This document shows, piece by piece, positions 9,884-20,685 of a DNA stretch of 64,000 nt. Made by a program: the position numbers and the translations under genes. A model generated the notes under the pieces. That model searched no databases and was not told the origin of the DNA. It saw only the letters and a program-made list of their open reading frames with translations. Source of the DNA: Candidatus Culexmicrobium cathedralense. Lineage in GTDB: Archaea > Thermoproteota > Methanomethylicia > Culexarchaeales > Culexmicrobiaceae. Each line of letters opens with the position of its first letter. Positions within the stretch are counted from its first letter, which is position 1. The stretch is from contig JANZKC010000002.1 of NCBI GenBank assembly GCA_025061115.1, positions 224,001 to 288,000 of the forward strand, in the 5' to 3' direction.

Positions 9884-10114
9884 TTGCCTGAACTACCACT
9901 AGCACCAGTCGACAGACTTATTAGAAAAGCTGGAGCCTCAAGAGTTAGTGAAAGCGCAGCAGAAGCTTTAAGGGAAATTCTAGAGGAAATAGCGATTGAA
10001 ATTTCTAGAGAAGCAATAGAACTTGCAAATCACGCAGATAGAAAGACGGTCACAGATGAAGATATAAAGCTGGCAGCTAAAAGAATACTCAGAGCAGTAA
10101 GATACGCAGTCTAG
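9884..10114 (+). CDS. Archaeal histone (HMf family)
   Basis: ELPLAPVDRLIRKAGASRVS...HADRKTVTDEDI histone fold with the RKT/D motif. Confidence 0.95.
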   Translation: MPELPLAPVDRLIRKAGASRVSESAAEALREILEEIAIEISREAIELANHADRKTVTDEDIKLAAKRILRAVRYAV

Positions 10115-10145
10115 CCTAAACTTCACTTTTATTTGAGGTGAAAAC

Positions 10146-10373
10146 ATGGAGATACCGAAGCCTTTAGTGAAGCCTCCAGCCCTAACAAAGTATGGAAAGG
10201 TAGTCAAACCATGGAGAGAGGGGAGAGGCTTCAGCATTGGAGAACTAAAGCAGGTAGGATTAAATCCAAAAGAGGCTATGAAGATGGGCCTAAGATTTGA
10301 CAAGAGAAGGAAGAGCATTCACGAAGAAAACGTCAGAATTCTAAAAGAATACTTGACGAAAGCTAAGAAGTAG
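10146..10373 (+). CDS. rpl13e: 50S ribosomal protein L13e
   Basis: REGRGFSIGELK..GL...DKRRKS.HEENV. Confidence 0.9.
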   Translation: MEIPKPLVKPPALTKYGKVVKPWREGRGFSIGELKQVGLNPKEAMKMGLRFDKRRKSIHEENVRILKEYLTKAKK

Positions 10374-10414
10374 ACCAGAAAAAATAATTGAAACCAGACC
10401 CTTTCTTTATCAAG

Positions 10415-10524
10415 GCCGGGGTAGCCTAGTGGTAAGGCGCAGGCCTCGAGATCATACTGTCAGGGGCTGGAAAGCCTGTGCCCGCGATGCGGGCACGTGG
10501 GTTCAAATCCCACCCCCGGCGCCA
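10415..10524 (+). tRNA. tRNA-Ser(CGA) with 22-nt intron at 37/38 (10451-10472)
   Basis: Acceptor GCCGGGG/CCCCGGC + G-CCA, anticodon stem CAGGC/GCCTG, loop CT-CGA-G|A, long variable arm, T-loop TTCAAAT. Confidence 0.85.
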
Positions 10525-10697
10525 AATAACCTAAGACCAGCAGCCAGCACAAGCCATCAGCTCACATATGAACACAGTTTCAACTTAACCTCAAAATCAC
10601 TCCAAATCAATTCAACGCGCATCACATAAATCAAATATAAATTAGTAATTCACGTTAGCACAATGTTCTGAGAACTCCATCAAGGCGGGGAAAATAA

Positions 10698-11906
10698 TTG
10701 CTTTGGAAGGCACTTACAGGAAACGTCGGAGTAATGATGATTTCATGAATTCTCTTCGGCATAGGAACATCCATGGCTAACCCGTACTTTTCACTATATG
10801 CTAAAGCCTTAGTGGAATCGACCTACACATAGCCATAGTTAGCTCAGCTAGCGGATTAGCAGCACTACCCCTAATAATACCGGGAGGACACCTAACAGAC
10901 GTTATTGGAAGAAGGAGAATGATCATACCGCTAACGTGGGCCGTATCCATAATTTTCTCTGCATATTCACTAGCTCCAAACTGGACAGCACCACTAATCA
11001 TAAGGATGATAGACTCCTTCTTACACTTCTATAAGCCAGCTCTACACGCCATAATAGTTGACTCCCTCCCCCCCGGAAGTTAAAGCTAGAGGCGTAATGA
11101 TCACTTCAATAATACCAAGCATTCCATGGCTAATTTTCCCTCCAGTTGGAGGATGGCTAATAGACAAGTATGGCGTATATGGATTTCGATTAGCACATAT
11201 ATTGAGCGGATTAACTGGCATGGCTGCAGCCACTTTAAGAACGAAGTTCCTAATGGAGACATTCATTGAAGAGAAAATCAAAAGAAAAATCTCTCCTATA
11301 AAAGCCATATACCAGGCATGTGCTGACGTATTTAAAGTTCTAAATGAAATGCCTCGGCAAGTCGTTTACATATTAAATGGAAATCTCCTAATAAGCGGCC
11401 TCAGCACCTCAACCTGCAACTCATATGCAGTAGTCTTCGCAAGCGAGTACATAAACATCTCAAGAGAAGCATGGGGCTTGTTCAACACCATTGGCGCGAT
11501 CTCATCCATGATCCTCACATTAGCCCTACTACCATACCTCGACAAGCTCCCAAGAAAAATCATCATAGCCTCAGGACTAACATTTACACTTACAGTCTAC
11601 ACGCTTTCTCTAATGAAATATTGGTGTGCATTCGCTTCAGTGATCCTCGCATCCATTGCATGGTCAATACAATACCCAATATGGCAGACATACATGGGAG
11701 ATATCGTGAAAAGAGAGTTAAGAGGAAGGGTCAACGCCATAGTATCAGTTGCAATAACACTGGGACTTCTATGGTCCACGCTAATATCAGGCCACATCTA
11801 CACCATCAACCCACTTCTAGCATTCCAAGTGTCCATTATTGCATGCATAATTGAAGTAACCTACTGGGCCATAACGCTTAAAGAGCCAAGAATTAGGCAT
11901 TTATAA
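10698..11906 (+). pseudogene. MFS transporter pseudogene
   Basis: TTG start at 10698, in-frame TGA at 10746, frameshift near 10810, MFS motif A GGHLTDVIGRRR, then a second frameshift in the C-run near 11070 joining the 11058..11906 ORF. Confidence 0.8.
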
Positions 11907-11948
11907 TGCCAAACCCACTGTAAGGTAGAAGCTACAATATCAAATTAA

Positions 11949-12752
11949 GTGGTGCCCAAAATGAAACTAAAGGAAATATTGGAGCTCCTAATTAAAGGAA
12001 AGATTAGCATCCAAGAAGCAGAGCAGAAAATTAGACTACTAGCTTTAGAGGAAATTGAAAATAAAGTTAAGATGGATTTAGGGAGAGAGATGCGAAGAGA
12101 TGTGCCAGAAATAATTTGGGCAGAATACAAGGACGATGAAACCCTAAGGAAAACAATAATCAAGACAGTTGAAAAAACAGGTAAAGCCATAATATCCAAC
12201 ATTAAAACCGAGCAAATCCCAATCATAAATAGTCTAAAAGAAAAGTACGAAGTACGCATGAGCCTTTCAAAAAGAGTAGCAGTAATCAAGAATAAAAACC
12301 ACGCCAAAGCGGAAAAAAGAGGAAAGGTAGGAATAGTAGCTGCAGGAACAGCAGACATACCTTTAGCCGATGAAGTTAGATTCATAGCTGAAGAGCTTGG
12401 CTGCGAAACGGTAACTATATATGACGCAGGAATAGCTGCACTTCACAGAACCATAAGTGCGGCCAAAAAAATGATCGAGGAAGACGTCGACGTGATAGTC
12501 GCAGTGGCAGGAATGGAAGGAGCACTACCATCAGTAATCGCATCGCTAGTAAACGTGCCAGTTATAGGGCTTCCAGCCTCAATAGGATACGGCCCAGGTG
12601 GAAATGGCACAGCTGCACTAATGTCGATGCTCCAAGCCTGCTCCCCAGGACTACTAGTCGTAAATGTAGATAACAGCATTGGAGCAGCAATATCAGCAGT
12701 ACTAATAGCTTATAGAGCCGTCAGAACTAAATCTAAACAGGTGGAAACTTGA
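11949..12752 (+). CDS. larB: Nickel-pincer cofactor biosynthesis protein LarB
   Basis: PurE-like domain: AAGTAD, DAGIAALHR, AGMEGALPS, IGYG, MLQACSPG, VNVDN. Confidence 0.92.
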   Translation: MVPKMKLKEILELLIKGKISIQEAEQKIRLLALEEIENKVKMDLGREMRRDVPEIIWAEYKDDETLRKTIIKTVEKTGKAIISNIKTEQIPIINSLKEKYEVRMSLSKRVAVIKNKNHAKAEKRGKVGIVAAGTADIPLADEVRFIAEELGCETVTIYDAGIAALHRTISAAKKMIEEDVDVIVAVAGMEGALPSVIASLVNVPVIGLPASIGYGPGGNGTAALMSMLQACSPGLLVVNVDNSIGAAISAVLIAYRAVRTKSKQVET

Positions 12753-13984
12753 GAACCCTAATTATTGATCCCAAGCTAGCTGGGATATCAGGCGACATGA
12801 TACTAGCAGCCCTAATAGACTTAACAGGCAGGGCAAGCGAAATACCTCATTTAGCCAATATAATTGAAGAAGAGCTTGACCACTGCGAAAAATTTGAAGT
12901 CGATGTAATTGACGTTAAGAAGGAAGGAATTAGGGCGAAGAGCATTAAAATCAAGCTAATTGAAAAGAAAAAAGAGGTAGAAGCAATTAAAATTAAGGAG
13001 TATGCGAGGAAAATTGGAGAAAAAATTGGTCTTTCAGCAAGATCAATGTCCTTCGCATTAAAAGTGCTTGATGACCTCATAAGCGCAGAAGCAAAAGTAC
13101 ATGGAGTCGATGAAGCCTCAACCCACCTCCACGAACTAGCGTCAGCCGACACCTTCCTAGACGTCATAGGAGCTGCATGCATCCTAGAACGAGAAAAAAT
13201 CCTAAATGAAAATGTGGAAATATACGCAACCCCACCAGCGCTAGGTGGAGGACTAGTAAAAACGAGCCATGGATTACTACCTTGCCCAGCGCCAGCAACA
13301 ATCGAAATTCTTGCAAAGCACAAGTTCAGATACTCCCAAACGCCAATTGAAGTTGAATTAACTACTCCAACCGGCGCTGCAATACTAGTAAACCTAACCA
13401 GCAAACTAGTAGACTTTTACCCACCCATGAAAATTGAAAGAGTAGGTTATGGCGCAGGCTCCAAGGATCTGAAAGGCATACCAAACATACTGAGAGTTAT
13501 TGAAGGTCAAGCATTTAATTTAGCCCAAGACAAAATTGTTGTGCTCGAAACTACAGTAGACGACGCAACTGGCGAGATACTAGGATACCTAATTGAAAGA
13601 CTAATTCAGAAAGGAGCGCTCGACGTTGCCATAATTCCAGGAGTAGGTAAGAAGAATAGGCCTATAAACGTAATTAAAGTGCTAAGCAGATGGGAAGACC
13701 ATCAGAGCCTAATAGAAGTTTTAATGAGTGAAACTGGAACGTTAGGAGTAAGAGTGCAGGAAATTCCAAGAGCAGTAGCTCTAAGGGAAATAAGAAAAAT
13801 AACCGTGAAAATTAGAGGCAGACAACATCAGATAAACGTGAAAGTATCCAAAACAGCTGACGGAAAAATACTGAACATTAAGCCTGAATATGAAGATCTA
13901 AAGCTAATAGCTAGTGAGCTCAACATCCCATTAAGACAGGTAGAAAGCGAAGTTAAAAGGCAACTTTGCAAATTAATGATGTAA
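12749..13984 (+). CDS. larC: Nickel-pincer cofactor nickel insertase LarC
   Basis: AGISGDM, AEAKVHG, HLHE, HGLLPCPAPAT, ELTTPTGAA, ETTVDD, ETGTLGVR, KPEYED. Single unsplit ORF. Confidence 0.93.
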   Translation: MRTLIIDPKLAGISGDMILAALIDLTGRASEIPHLANIIEEELDHCEKFEVDVIDVKKEGIRAKSIKIKLIEKKKEVEAIKIKEYARKIGEKIGLSARSMSFALKVLDDLISAEAKVHGVDEASTHLHELASADTFLDVIGAACILEREKILNENVEIYATPPALGGGLVKTSHGLLPCPAPATIEILAKHKFRYSQTPIEVELTTPTGAAILVNLTSKLVDFYPPMKIERVGYGAGSKDLKGIPNILRVIEGQAFNLAQDKIVVLETTVDDATGEILGYLIERLIQKGALDVAIIPGVGKKNRPINVIKVLSRWEDHQSLIEVLMSETGTLGVRVQEIPRAVALREIRKITVKIRGRQHQINVKVSKTADGKILNIKPEYEDLKLIASELNIPLRQVESEVKRQLCKLMM

Positions 13985-13993
13985 ATAATAACA

Positions 13994-14398
13994 CTACTTC
14001 AGCGGCACATACATGCTTGACCTTGTAGCTCTCAAGCCTGGAGCTCCATGCACAACCCTTTTAATAGTTATGGAAAACTCGCCTAGGTAATGACCAATCA
14101 TTTCAGGAGTTATAGTTACCGGCACAAACTCCTTACCATTATAAACGTGAATGGTCAATCCAACCATCTCGGGTAAGATCACCATGTCTCTACAATGAGT
14201 ACGAATAACAACCTTCTCTCCCCGCTCCAAGCGCTTCTTCGCCTCCCTAATTTTCTCCAAAAGTTTCCTCTGCTGCGGAGTTAATCCTCGCTTCAAGCTC
14301 CTTCTCTGCCTAGCTGGAAGTAGCTGGATGAACTGATCCATAGGCATCTTCACGAGCCTATCGATAGTGTAACCCCTATACGTGAACTCTTTGGGCAT
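13994..14398 (-). CDS. rps19: 30S ribosomal protein S19
   Basis: [37 protein letters not shown]. Confidence 0.97.
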   Translation of the reverse strand: MPKEFTYRGYTIDRLVKMPMDQFIQLLPARQRRSLKRGLTPQQRKLLEKIREAKKRLERGEKVVIRTHCRDMVILPEMVGLTIHVYNGKEFVPVTITPEMIGHYLGEFSITIKRVVHGAPGLRATRSSMYVPLK

Positions 14399-14468
14399 AC
14401 TATCACCATCACTAAACTTCTAGGGTATTGCTTGTTGTGGAGCTTATAAATGTTACTTTAACAATTTA

Positions 14469-15011
14469 ATGTTGAAGGTGCAAAGCGTGGTCATTGAAGT
14501 GGAGGTTAAAGCACAAATAGACGACCTAAGCGAAGTAAGGGAGAAAATCAAGACGCTAGGAGGAGAACTACAGTCAATAAAAAGGCAGGTTGATGTATAC
14601 CTGCAGCATCCCTGCAGGAACTTCAAGCTTACAGATGAAGCGCTAAGGCTAAGAAAGAGCAATGGCAAAGCATACCTAACCTATAAAGGGCCAAAACTGA
14701 GCCCAAGATCTAAAAGCAGATTGGAAGTAGAAGTAGAAGTCTCAGACCTAAAGAAAACCCTTGAAATACTAGTCAAAGTCGGCTTCAAACCCATTGGCGA
14801 AGTCAAGAAAATTAGGGAAGTTTGGAAGCTAAAAGAAGCAATAATAAATTTGGATGAAGTTGAGAATCTGGGAATTTTCATTGAAATAGAGATCAAAAGC
14901 AAAGACATGAGGAAAGCTGAAGAATCAATCCGTAAAATTCTAGAAAAGCTCAACATACCAGCAATTAAAACCACTAGGAAATCTTACTTGGAAATGCTTT
15001 TGGAAAAGTAG
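14469..15011 (+). CDS. cyaB: CYTH-domain protein (class IV adenylate cyclase / triphosphate tunnel enzyme)
   Basis: EVEVK motif, QVDVY, EALRLR, LTYKGP, LDEVENLGIFIEIE, SYLEM. Confidence 0.85.
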   Translation: MLKVQSVVIEVEVKAQIDDLSEVREKIKTLGGELQSIKRQVDVYLQHPCRNFKLTDEALRLRKSNGKAYLTYKGPKLSPRSKSRLEVEVEVSDLKKTLEILVKVGFKPIGEVKKIREVWKLKEAIINLDEVENLGIFIEIEIKSKDMRKAEESIRKILEKLNIPAIKTTRKSYLEMLLEK

Positions 15012-15087
15012 GGAGAGGACAGCAATTAGGATAATGCACTTAAAGGATTTTAAATAGATTATGAATTGAGGAGCGAGTTGATTAATC

Positions 15088-15678
15088 TTGAAGCTCGTTG
15101 AAATATTAAACGCATTAATTTACTGTGGCCCAACCACCATCGACGAATTAGCCAGAAAAATGCAAGTAAGTAAAGTGAAAATGAAAGATGCAATTATAAA
15201 GCTCGCAAATATTGGGCTGATCGAAAAAATCGATGAAAAGCACATCGACGCATCCATGAAAGTCTTAAACACAATCGTTCAGCGTAGAGTTAAAAGAAAG
15301 GACCTGCTCGAAATCATTGGAAGGAGAAAACCAGAATTTATGAACCACTTAAAGTTACTTGGAAAGCTAAACGAGTTATACCAAGAGCTTATAGGAGAAA
15401 AAGCCATTCCTCAATTCAAGTTCCTAAAACTACCATCAGAAAGAGAACTTGAAATTGGAGAAAAACCTCTTGAAGAGGCAATTGCAGATGCCCTCCTAAG
15501 CATCTTAGCAGATTTAGTATTCAACATACCCATAACCGACGTAGACAAGCTCATAGAGGTACTTAATGAAGCCAAGGGAGAAGCTAGAAATATTGCAATT
15601 GAAATGCTCAGAAGGTTTTACATGGACGTATCTAGGGAATATAATTTGCTGAAAAGAGTGCTAGAGGCTGTCGGGTGA
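15088..15678 (+). CDS. Hypothetical protein with N-terminal wHTH
   Basis: GPTTIDELARKMQVSKVKMKDAIIKLANIGLIE is HTH-like; overlaps the ilvA start (GTGA). Confidence 0.55.
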   Translation: MKLVEILNALIYCGPTTIDELARKMQVSKVKMKDAIIKLANIGLIEKIDEKHIDASMKVLNTIVQRRVKRKDLLEIIGRRKPEFMNHLKLLGKLNELYQELIGEKAIPQFKFLKLPSERELEIGEKPLEEAIADALLSILADLVFNIPITDVDKLIEVLNEAKGEARNIAIEMLRRFYMDVSREYNLLKRVLEAVG

Positions 15679-16904
15679 CAGCTGAAATGCAGCTAATAGA
15701 CGAAGTCCACCAGAGAATAGTTGAAGCAGCCAACATTCTACGAGAAGTAGTTCATAAAACTCCGCTCGACAAGTCGAGGACATTCAGCTCATGGACAGGG
15801 GGAGAAGTCTACTTAAAGCTAGAAAATTTGCAGAAAACTGGGTCATTCAAAGTTAGAGGAGCCTACTACAAAATAACCAAGCTCATCTCCAAGGGCAGAG
15901 TGAATAAGGTCGTAGCTGTCTCTGCAGGAAATCATGCACAGGGAGTAGCATGGGCAGCTGCAAGAGCAGGAATTGAATCCATAATATTCATGCCCGAATT
16001 CGCTCCAGCTGCAAAGATATCTGCAACTAGAGGTTATGGAGCTAAGGTTGTGCTATATGGTAAAAGCATAGAGGACTCATATAGCAGGGCAATCGAGCTA
16101 GCAAGTCAGAAAGACGTTGAATTCATCCATCCATTCAATGACCTAGACGTAATTGCCGGGCAAGGAACAATTGGAATTGAAATTCTACAGCAACTTCCAG
16201 ATGTGGATGTTGTGGTAGTTCCAATAGGCGGAGGAGGACTAATTTCAGGCATTGCAGTAGCAATGAAAAAGCAAAAACCAAGCATTAAGGTTGTTGGAGT
16301 TGAAGCAGAAGGAGCAGCTTCAATGTACAAGAGCATAGAGCGAGGACGCATAGTAAAGATACGCAAAACAGATACAATAGCAGATGGAATAGCCATCAAA
16401 AGCCCAGGGGAATACACATTCCAGCTAGTTAAAAACCTAGTTGACGACATAGTTCTAGTCAACGACTTCGAAATTTCAGAAGCAATGTTCAAGCTACTTG
16501 AAAGAGCTAAGGTAGTAGCAGAGCCAGCTGGAGCAGTAGCAGTAGCAGCACTACTGTCTGGCAAAGTCGACGTTAAAGGGAAGAAAGTAGTAGCAGTAGT
16601 TTCAGGGGGAAATGTAGATGCATCACTACTCGCAACGATATTGGAGAAAAGCTTGATCAGCGAGGGAAGAATTGTTAGAATAGTAGTTGAGCTGCCAGAT
16701 AAGCCCGGAACTCTAAAGAAAGTTTTAGGAATAATTGCAGAGGCAAGAGCAAACATACTAGATGTAGCAATAGATAGAGTTTCACCCCAAATCAAGCCCG
16801 GCAAAGCAATGGTGCTTATAACGGCAGAAGTTCAAGATCCAGACTACATCGACGAAGTCATCATCAGCCTTAAAAGGCTTGGATACACATTAAACATTCT
16901 TTGA
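15675..16904 (+). CDS. ilvA: Threonine ammonia-lyase with C-terminal ACT domain
   Basis: [16 protein letters not shown] (PLP Lys), [22 protein letters not shown] domain LPDKPG. Confidence 0.92.
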   Translation: MTAEMQLIDEVHQRIVEAANILREVVHKTPLDKSRTFSSWTGGEVYLKLENLQKTGSFKVRGAYYKITKLISKGRVNKVVAVSAGNHAQGVAWAAARAGIESIIFMPEFAPAAKISATRGYGAKVVLYGKSIEDSYSRAIELASQKDVEFIHPFNDLDVIAGQGTIGIEILQQLPDVDVVVVPIGGGGLISGIAVAMKKQKPSIKVVGVEAEGAASMYKSIERGRIVKIRKTDTIADGIAIKSPGEYTFQLVKNLVDDIVLVNDFEISEAMFKLLERAKVVAEPAGAVAVAALLSGKVDVKGKKVVAVVSGGNVDASLLATILEKSLISEGRIVRIVVELPDKPGTLKKVLGIIAEARANILDVAIDRVSPQIKPGKAMVLITAEVQDPDYIDEVIISLKRLGYTLNIL

Positions 16905-16914
16905 GGGTGAGAAT

Positions 16915-17304
16915 GTGAGGGAAATCATATTTACTGAAAAAGCACCCAAGCCAGTTGGCCCATACAGTCAAGCAATTAAAGCAGGCAACTTCCTCTTCAT
17001 TTCCGGACAAATACCCATAGATCCAGAAACAGGAAAGTTAGTTAATGGAGGAATCAAGGAGCAAACCAGAAGAGTTCTAGACAACATCAAAGCCATAGTT
17101 GAAGCGGCAGGCTACACCATGCAAGACATAGTTCAAGTATTCGTATTCCTAAAGGACTTAAAGGATTTCTCAGGATTCAACGAGGAATATGCCAACTACT
17201 TCAAGTCCAACCCGCCATCAAGAGTGACCGTCGGCGCAGAAATACCAAAGGGAGCGCTTCTAGAAGTTTCAGCCATAGCATTCAAGAGTGAGAGCATTGA
17301 ATGA
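16915..17304 (+). CDS. ridA: RidA-family reactive enamine deaminase
   Basis: [25 protein letters not shown]; follows the threonine dehydratase. Confidence 0.93.
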   Translation: MREIIFTEKAPKPVGPYSQAIKAGNFLFISGQIPIDPETGKLVNGGIKEQTRRVLDNIKAIVEAAGYTMQDIVQVFVFLKDLKDFSGFNEEYANYFKSNPPSRVTVGAEIPKGALLEVSAIAFKSESIE

Positions 17305-18235
17305 GAGAAGAAACTCAAATGAACTTCAAAAAGAAAAAATTGAATTAAAAAGCAGAGACCTCATCAATCTAGTAAAACAAGCAACAGCTATTCTAAAAAG
17401 CGAAAAAGAAAGAGGAGGCTATGAAAAGCTAACCGTCAGAAGAGGTCTGGTGAAAATACAAGACACATCTGGTCAACTAGTAGTTATAGGAGATATCCAT
17501 GGAGACCTAGAAACAATGCTAAAAATCTTTGAAAAGGAAGACATCCCTGCTAAGCTCAATGAAAAGAGGACATACATAGTATTTCTGGGGGATTACATCG
17601 ATAGGGGAGAGCTATCTCTAGAAGTGATGACATCAGTTTTAAGGATGAAAATAGCTCATCCCGAAAGGGTAGTCATTTTAAGGGGTAATCATGAAGGGCC
17701 TGACGACCTCATAGCTCACCCCCACACATTCCCCTACGAATTAAAAATGAAGTTTGGCAGCGCAGCTCCAATAATATACCTTCACTTTAGAAAGCTATTC
17801 AATGCAATGCCACACATAACGCTCACATCAAGTGGAATAGTACTTCTACACGGCGGAGTTCCAACCGAAGCTAAAAATGTAGACGAGATAGCCATGGCTA
17901 ATGAGCTTCACCCTGAAAAACCCCACTTAACTGAAATATTGTGGAACGATCCAGATGAAACTGGAATAACGGGAGCATACCCTTCACCTCGCGGAGCAGG
18001 CAAAATCTTTGGAGAAAACTATACTGATGAATTTTTGAAAATCGTTAACGGCAAAGTGATATTGAGGGGACATCAAGCCGCCTCGAAGGGATATAAGGTG
18101 AGCCATAATGGAAAAATAATTACTCTCTTCTCAAGGCTAGGCCCACCATATTGGAATTCTAAAGCGGCCTATGTTGTTCATCCATTAAGCCGCCCACCTA
18201 AAGAGGTAGTAAATAGCATTAGAACAATAACTTAA
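17288..18235 (+). CDS. PPP-family Ser/Thr protein phosphatase
   Basis: GDIHG, GDYIDRG, LRGNHE, HGG, LWNDP, RGHQ. Confidence 0.9.
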   Translation: MRALNERRNSNELQKEKIELKSRDLINLVKQATAILKSEKERGGYEKLTVRRGLVKIQDTSGQLVVIGDIHGDLETMLKIFEKEDIPAKLNEKRTYIVFLGDYIDRGELSLEVMTSVLRMKIAHPERVVILRGNHEGPDDLIAHPHTFPYELKMKFGSAAPIIYLHFRKLFNAMPHITLTSSGIVLLHGGVPTEAKNVDEIAMANELHPEKPHLTEILWNDPDETGITGAYPSPRGAGKIFGENYTDEFLKIVNGKVILRGHQAASKGYKVSHNGKIITLFSRLGPPYWNSKAAYVVHPLSRPPKEVVNSIRTIT

Positions 18236-18332
18236 TCATTGACAGCTAATAGAGGGCAAAGCAAACTTTTTATAGCGTACCATTTAAAAAAGCTTAGTCT
18301 AAAATCATGGCGGATAAATGGAGTAGAGGACA

Positions 18333-18797
18333 ATGCCTAACTGGGGATATTCGATAATTGGGCTGGATCCCGATAAAACAGCTAAAGCTAGTGGTAGAGA
18401 TCTTCGTATCTCATTTAAGGCTGCACGTGAAGTTTGCGCGTTTATTAAAGGCATGAGCTTACTTGAAGCTCAAAAATATTTAGAAGATGTTACTCGAAAG
18501 AAGAAGCCCATTCCATTTAAGAGATTTACTGGAAAAGCCGCTCACCATAGGGGCATTCAAGGTTGGCCCATAGTTAGATATCCAGTTAAAGCCGCTAGGG
18601 AAATTCTAAAGGTCCTAAAGAGCGTTGAGGCCAATGCAGAATATAAGGGGCTTGATGTTGAAAAGCTTAAGATCATCCACATAGCAGCGCAAAAAGGCAC
18701 AAAATTGAGGAAATATATTCCAAGGGCATTTGGAAGAGCAACTCCCTACTTCAAGCAGCTAACACACATAGAAGTTGTAGTTGCTGAGGAGGAGTAA
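18333..18797 (+). CDS. rpl22: 50S ribosomal protein L22
   Basis: RISFKAAREV, RYPVKAA, PRAFGRATP. Confidence 0.97.
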   Translation: MPNWGYSIIGLDPDKTAKASGRDLRISFKAAREVCAFIKGMSLLEAQKYLEDVTRKKKPIPFKRFTGKAAHHRGIQGWPIVRYPVKAAREILKVLKSVEANAEYKGLDVEKLKIIHIAAQKGTKLRKYIPRAFGRATPYFKQLTHIEVVVAEEE

Positions 18798-18799
18798 GC

Positions 18800-19438
18800 A
18801 TGGTTAATGTTAAGAAACATTTCGTAATTGAAGGCTTAAAGCGAATGGAAATTGATGAGTACTTATCCATAAGACTCATGAGAGCAGGCTATGCAGGAGT
18901 TGAAATTCAGAGAACACCACTTGGCACGAGAGTCACAATCTACGCCGAAAGGCCAGGAGTAGTTATTGGGAGAGGCGGAGCAAACATCAAAGAATTAGCC
19001 GAAATACTGGAGAAAAGATTTGGAGTAGAAAACCCGCAAATAGCCGTAGCTCAAGTGCAAGTTCCAGAGCTAAATGCAAAAATCATGGCCATAAGAATTG
19101 CCAGGGCAATGGAAAGGGGAGTTCACTTTAGGAGAGCGGCATTCATAGCTTTAAGGCAAATAATGGAGGCAGGAGCAAAAGGCGCCGAAATAATAATCCG
19201 CGGAAAACTGAGAAGCGAACGTGCAAGATATGAGAAATTTAAGGCCGGAGAACTTTTAAAATCCGGAAAGCCATATGAAGACCTCGTCGACGAAGCAGTG
19301 GTTTATGTTGCATTGAAGCCTGGAATATACGGTATAAAAGTTAGAATTATGCCACCGGTCAAAACTCCTGATGACATAATAATTAAGGAGGTCTATCCAG
19401 CTAAGGAGGAAGAAGAAGTTGCCAATATTGAGGGTTAA
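18800..19438 (+). CDS. rps3: 30S ribosomal protein S3
   Basis: RAGYAG, KH motif PGVVIGRGG, GAKGAEI. Confidence 0.97.
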   Translation: MVNVKKHFVIEGLKRMEIDEYLSIRLMRAGYAGVEIQRTPLGTRVTIYAERPGVVIGRGGANIKELAEILEKRFGVENPQIAVAQVQVPELNAKIMAIRIARAMERGVHFRRAAFIALRQIMEAGAKGAEIIIRGKLRSERARYEKFKAGELLKSGKPYEDLVDEAVVYVALKPGIYGIKVRIMPPVKTPDDIIIKEVYPAKEEEEVANIEG

Positions 19439-19640
19439 CGAAATCAGGCGCATGAGCCCTGAGGAGCGCATGAAGAAGCTAGCTGAGCTTAAAGCAGAAT
19501 TAGCGAGAGCTAGAGCACTAGCTGCAAGTGGAGCCCCACTGGACAACCCAAAAATGATAAAAGAGATAAGGAAAACCATTGCAAGAATACTTACAATTCA
19601 AAGAGAAGAAGAACTGGGAATTAGGAGGTCTAAAAAGTGA
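19419..19640 (+). CDS. rpl29: 50S ribosomal protein L29
   Basis: LAELKAEL...NPKMIKEIRKTIARILT; operon position. Confidence 0.95.
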   Translation: MPILRVNEIRRMSPEERMKKLAELKAELARARALAASGAPLDNPKMIKEIRKTIARILTIQREEELGIRRSKK

Positions 19641-19921
19641 AGATAACCCCAAGAAACCTAGTCATGCATGAACTGATAGGATTAAGTGTTAAGGTAAGCA
19701 AGAGCACCCACCCAGGTTATGTTGGAATTGAAGGCATTGTAGTTGATGAAACCATGAAAACCCTTCACATCCTCCATGAAGGTAAAGTTAAGGTTATTCC
19801 GAAAAACTGCTCAATATTCGAGTTCACGCTTCCTGATGGAAGCATCGTAGAAGTTGATGGAAAGGTGATTTTGGCAAGGCCGGAAGATAGAGCTAAAAAG
19901 CCATATAGGAAGAGGTGGTGA
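19637..19921 (+). CDS. rnp1: Ribonuclease P protein component 1 (Rpp29/Pop4)
   Basis: [25 protein letters not shown]; conserved position between rpl29 and rps17. Confidence 0.93.
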   Translation: MKITPRNLVMHELIGLSVKVSKSTHPGYVGIEGIVVDETMKTLHILHEGKVKVIPKNCSIFEFTLPDGSIVEVDGKVILARPEDRAKKPYRKRW

Positions 19922-19922
19922 A

Positions 19923-20276
19923 ATGCCGGCCAAAAATATTGGAGTGCCCGGAGTAAAAGCTCCTGAACAACAATGCGACGATCCGCACTGCCCATTCCAC
20001 GGCCACATAAAAGTTAGGGGAAAAATACTTGAAGGAGTAGTCGTGAGCTCGAAAATGCAGAGAACAGTCGTAGTTCAGCGAGACTACTTGCACTATGTGC
20101 CAAAATACAAGAGGTACGAGAAAAGGAGATCCAGAATTGCAGCTCACAACCCACCATGCATCAATGCCAAAGAGGGAGATAAAGTTAAAATAATGGAGTG
20201 CCGCCCACTAAGTAAGACCGTATCATTCGTAGTTATAGCTAAAGTGGAGGAAGAGAAAGGTGGCGAAACGAGGTAG
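19923..20276 (+). CDS. rps17: 30S ribosomal protein S17
   Basis: [28 protein letters not shown]. Confidence 0.97.
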   Translation: MPAKNIGVPGVKAPEQQCDDPHCPFHGHIKVRGKILEGVVVSSKMQRTVVVQRDYLHYVPKYKRYEKRRSRIAAHNPPCINAKEGDKVKIMECRPLSKTVSFVVIAKVEEEKGGETR

Positions 20277-20685
20277 AGGAGCAGTAGGAGTATCTTATAG
20301 GCATGGAGTTAGCCCAGGCTTGCCCGTGGGAGCCTACGTTAAATGCGCAGACAATAGCGGCGCAAAATTAGTGCAGATCATAGGCGTAGTTGGATCCAAA
20401 ACTAGACTTCGAAGATTACCGCAAGCGGCAGTTGGAGACATGGTCGTGGTCTCGGTGAAGGCAGGTACGCCAGAAATGCGCAGACAAGTACTAAGAGCAG
20501 TCGTAGTTAGACAGAAGAAGCCATATAGAAGAATGGATGGAACCTGGATCCAATTCGAAGACAACGCAGTAGTAATAGTAACCCCAGAAGGAGACCCAAA
20601 GGGAACCGAAATAAGAGGGCCAGTAGCAAGAGAAGCAGCCGAAAGATGGCCCAGAATAGCTGGACTTGCAACCATGATAATTTAG
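20260..20685 (+). CDS. rpl14: 50S ribosomal protein L14
   Basis: [26 protein letters not shown]. Confidence 0.97.
   Translation: MAKRGRGAVGVSYRHGVSPGLPVGAYVKCADNSGAKLVQIIGVVGSKTRLRRLPQAAVGDMVVVSVKAGTPEMRRQVLRAVVVRQKKPYRRMDGTWIQFEDNAVVIVTPEGDPKGTEIRGPVAREAAERWPRIAGLATMII

Noticed and set aside
10746-10748. TGA recoding (Sec or Trp) in the MFS and racemase genes
   Set aside because: Both loci also have frameshifts, other stops or deletions, and TGA is an ordinary stop in many intact genes here.
16106-16804. Long antisense ORFs (e.g. 16106-16804, 8512-9117, 12847-13404, 29213-29758)
   Set aside because: Shadow frames opposite well-supported genes, with Ser/Leu/Phe-rich composition and no motifs.
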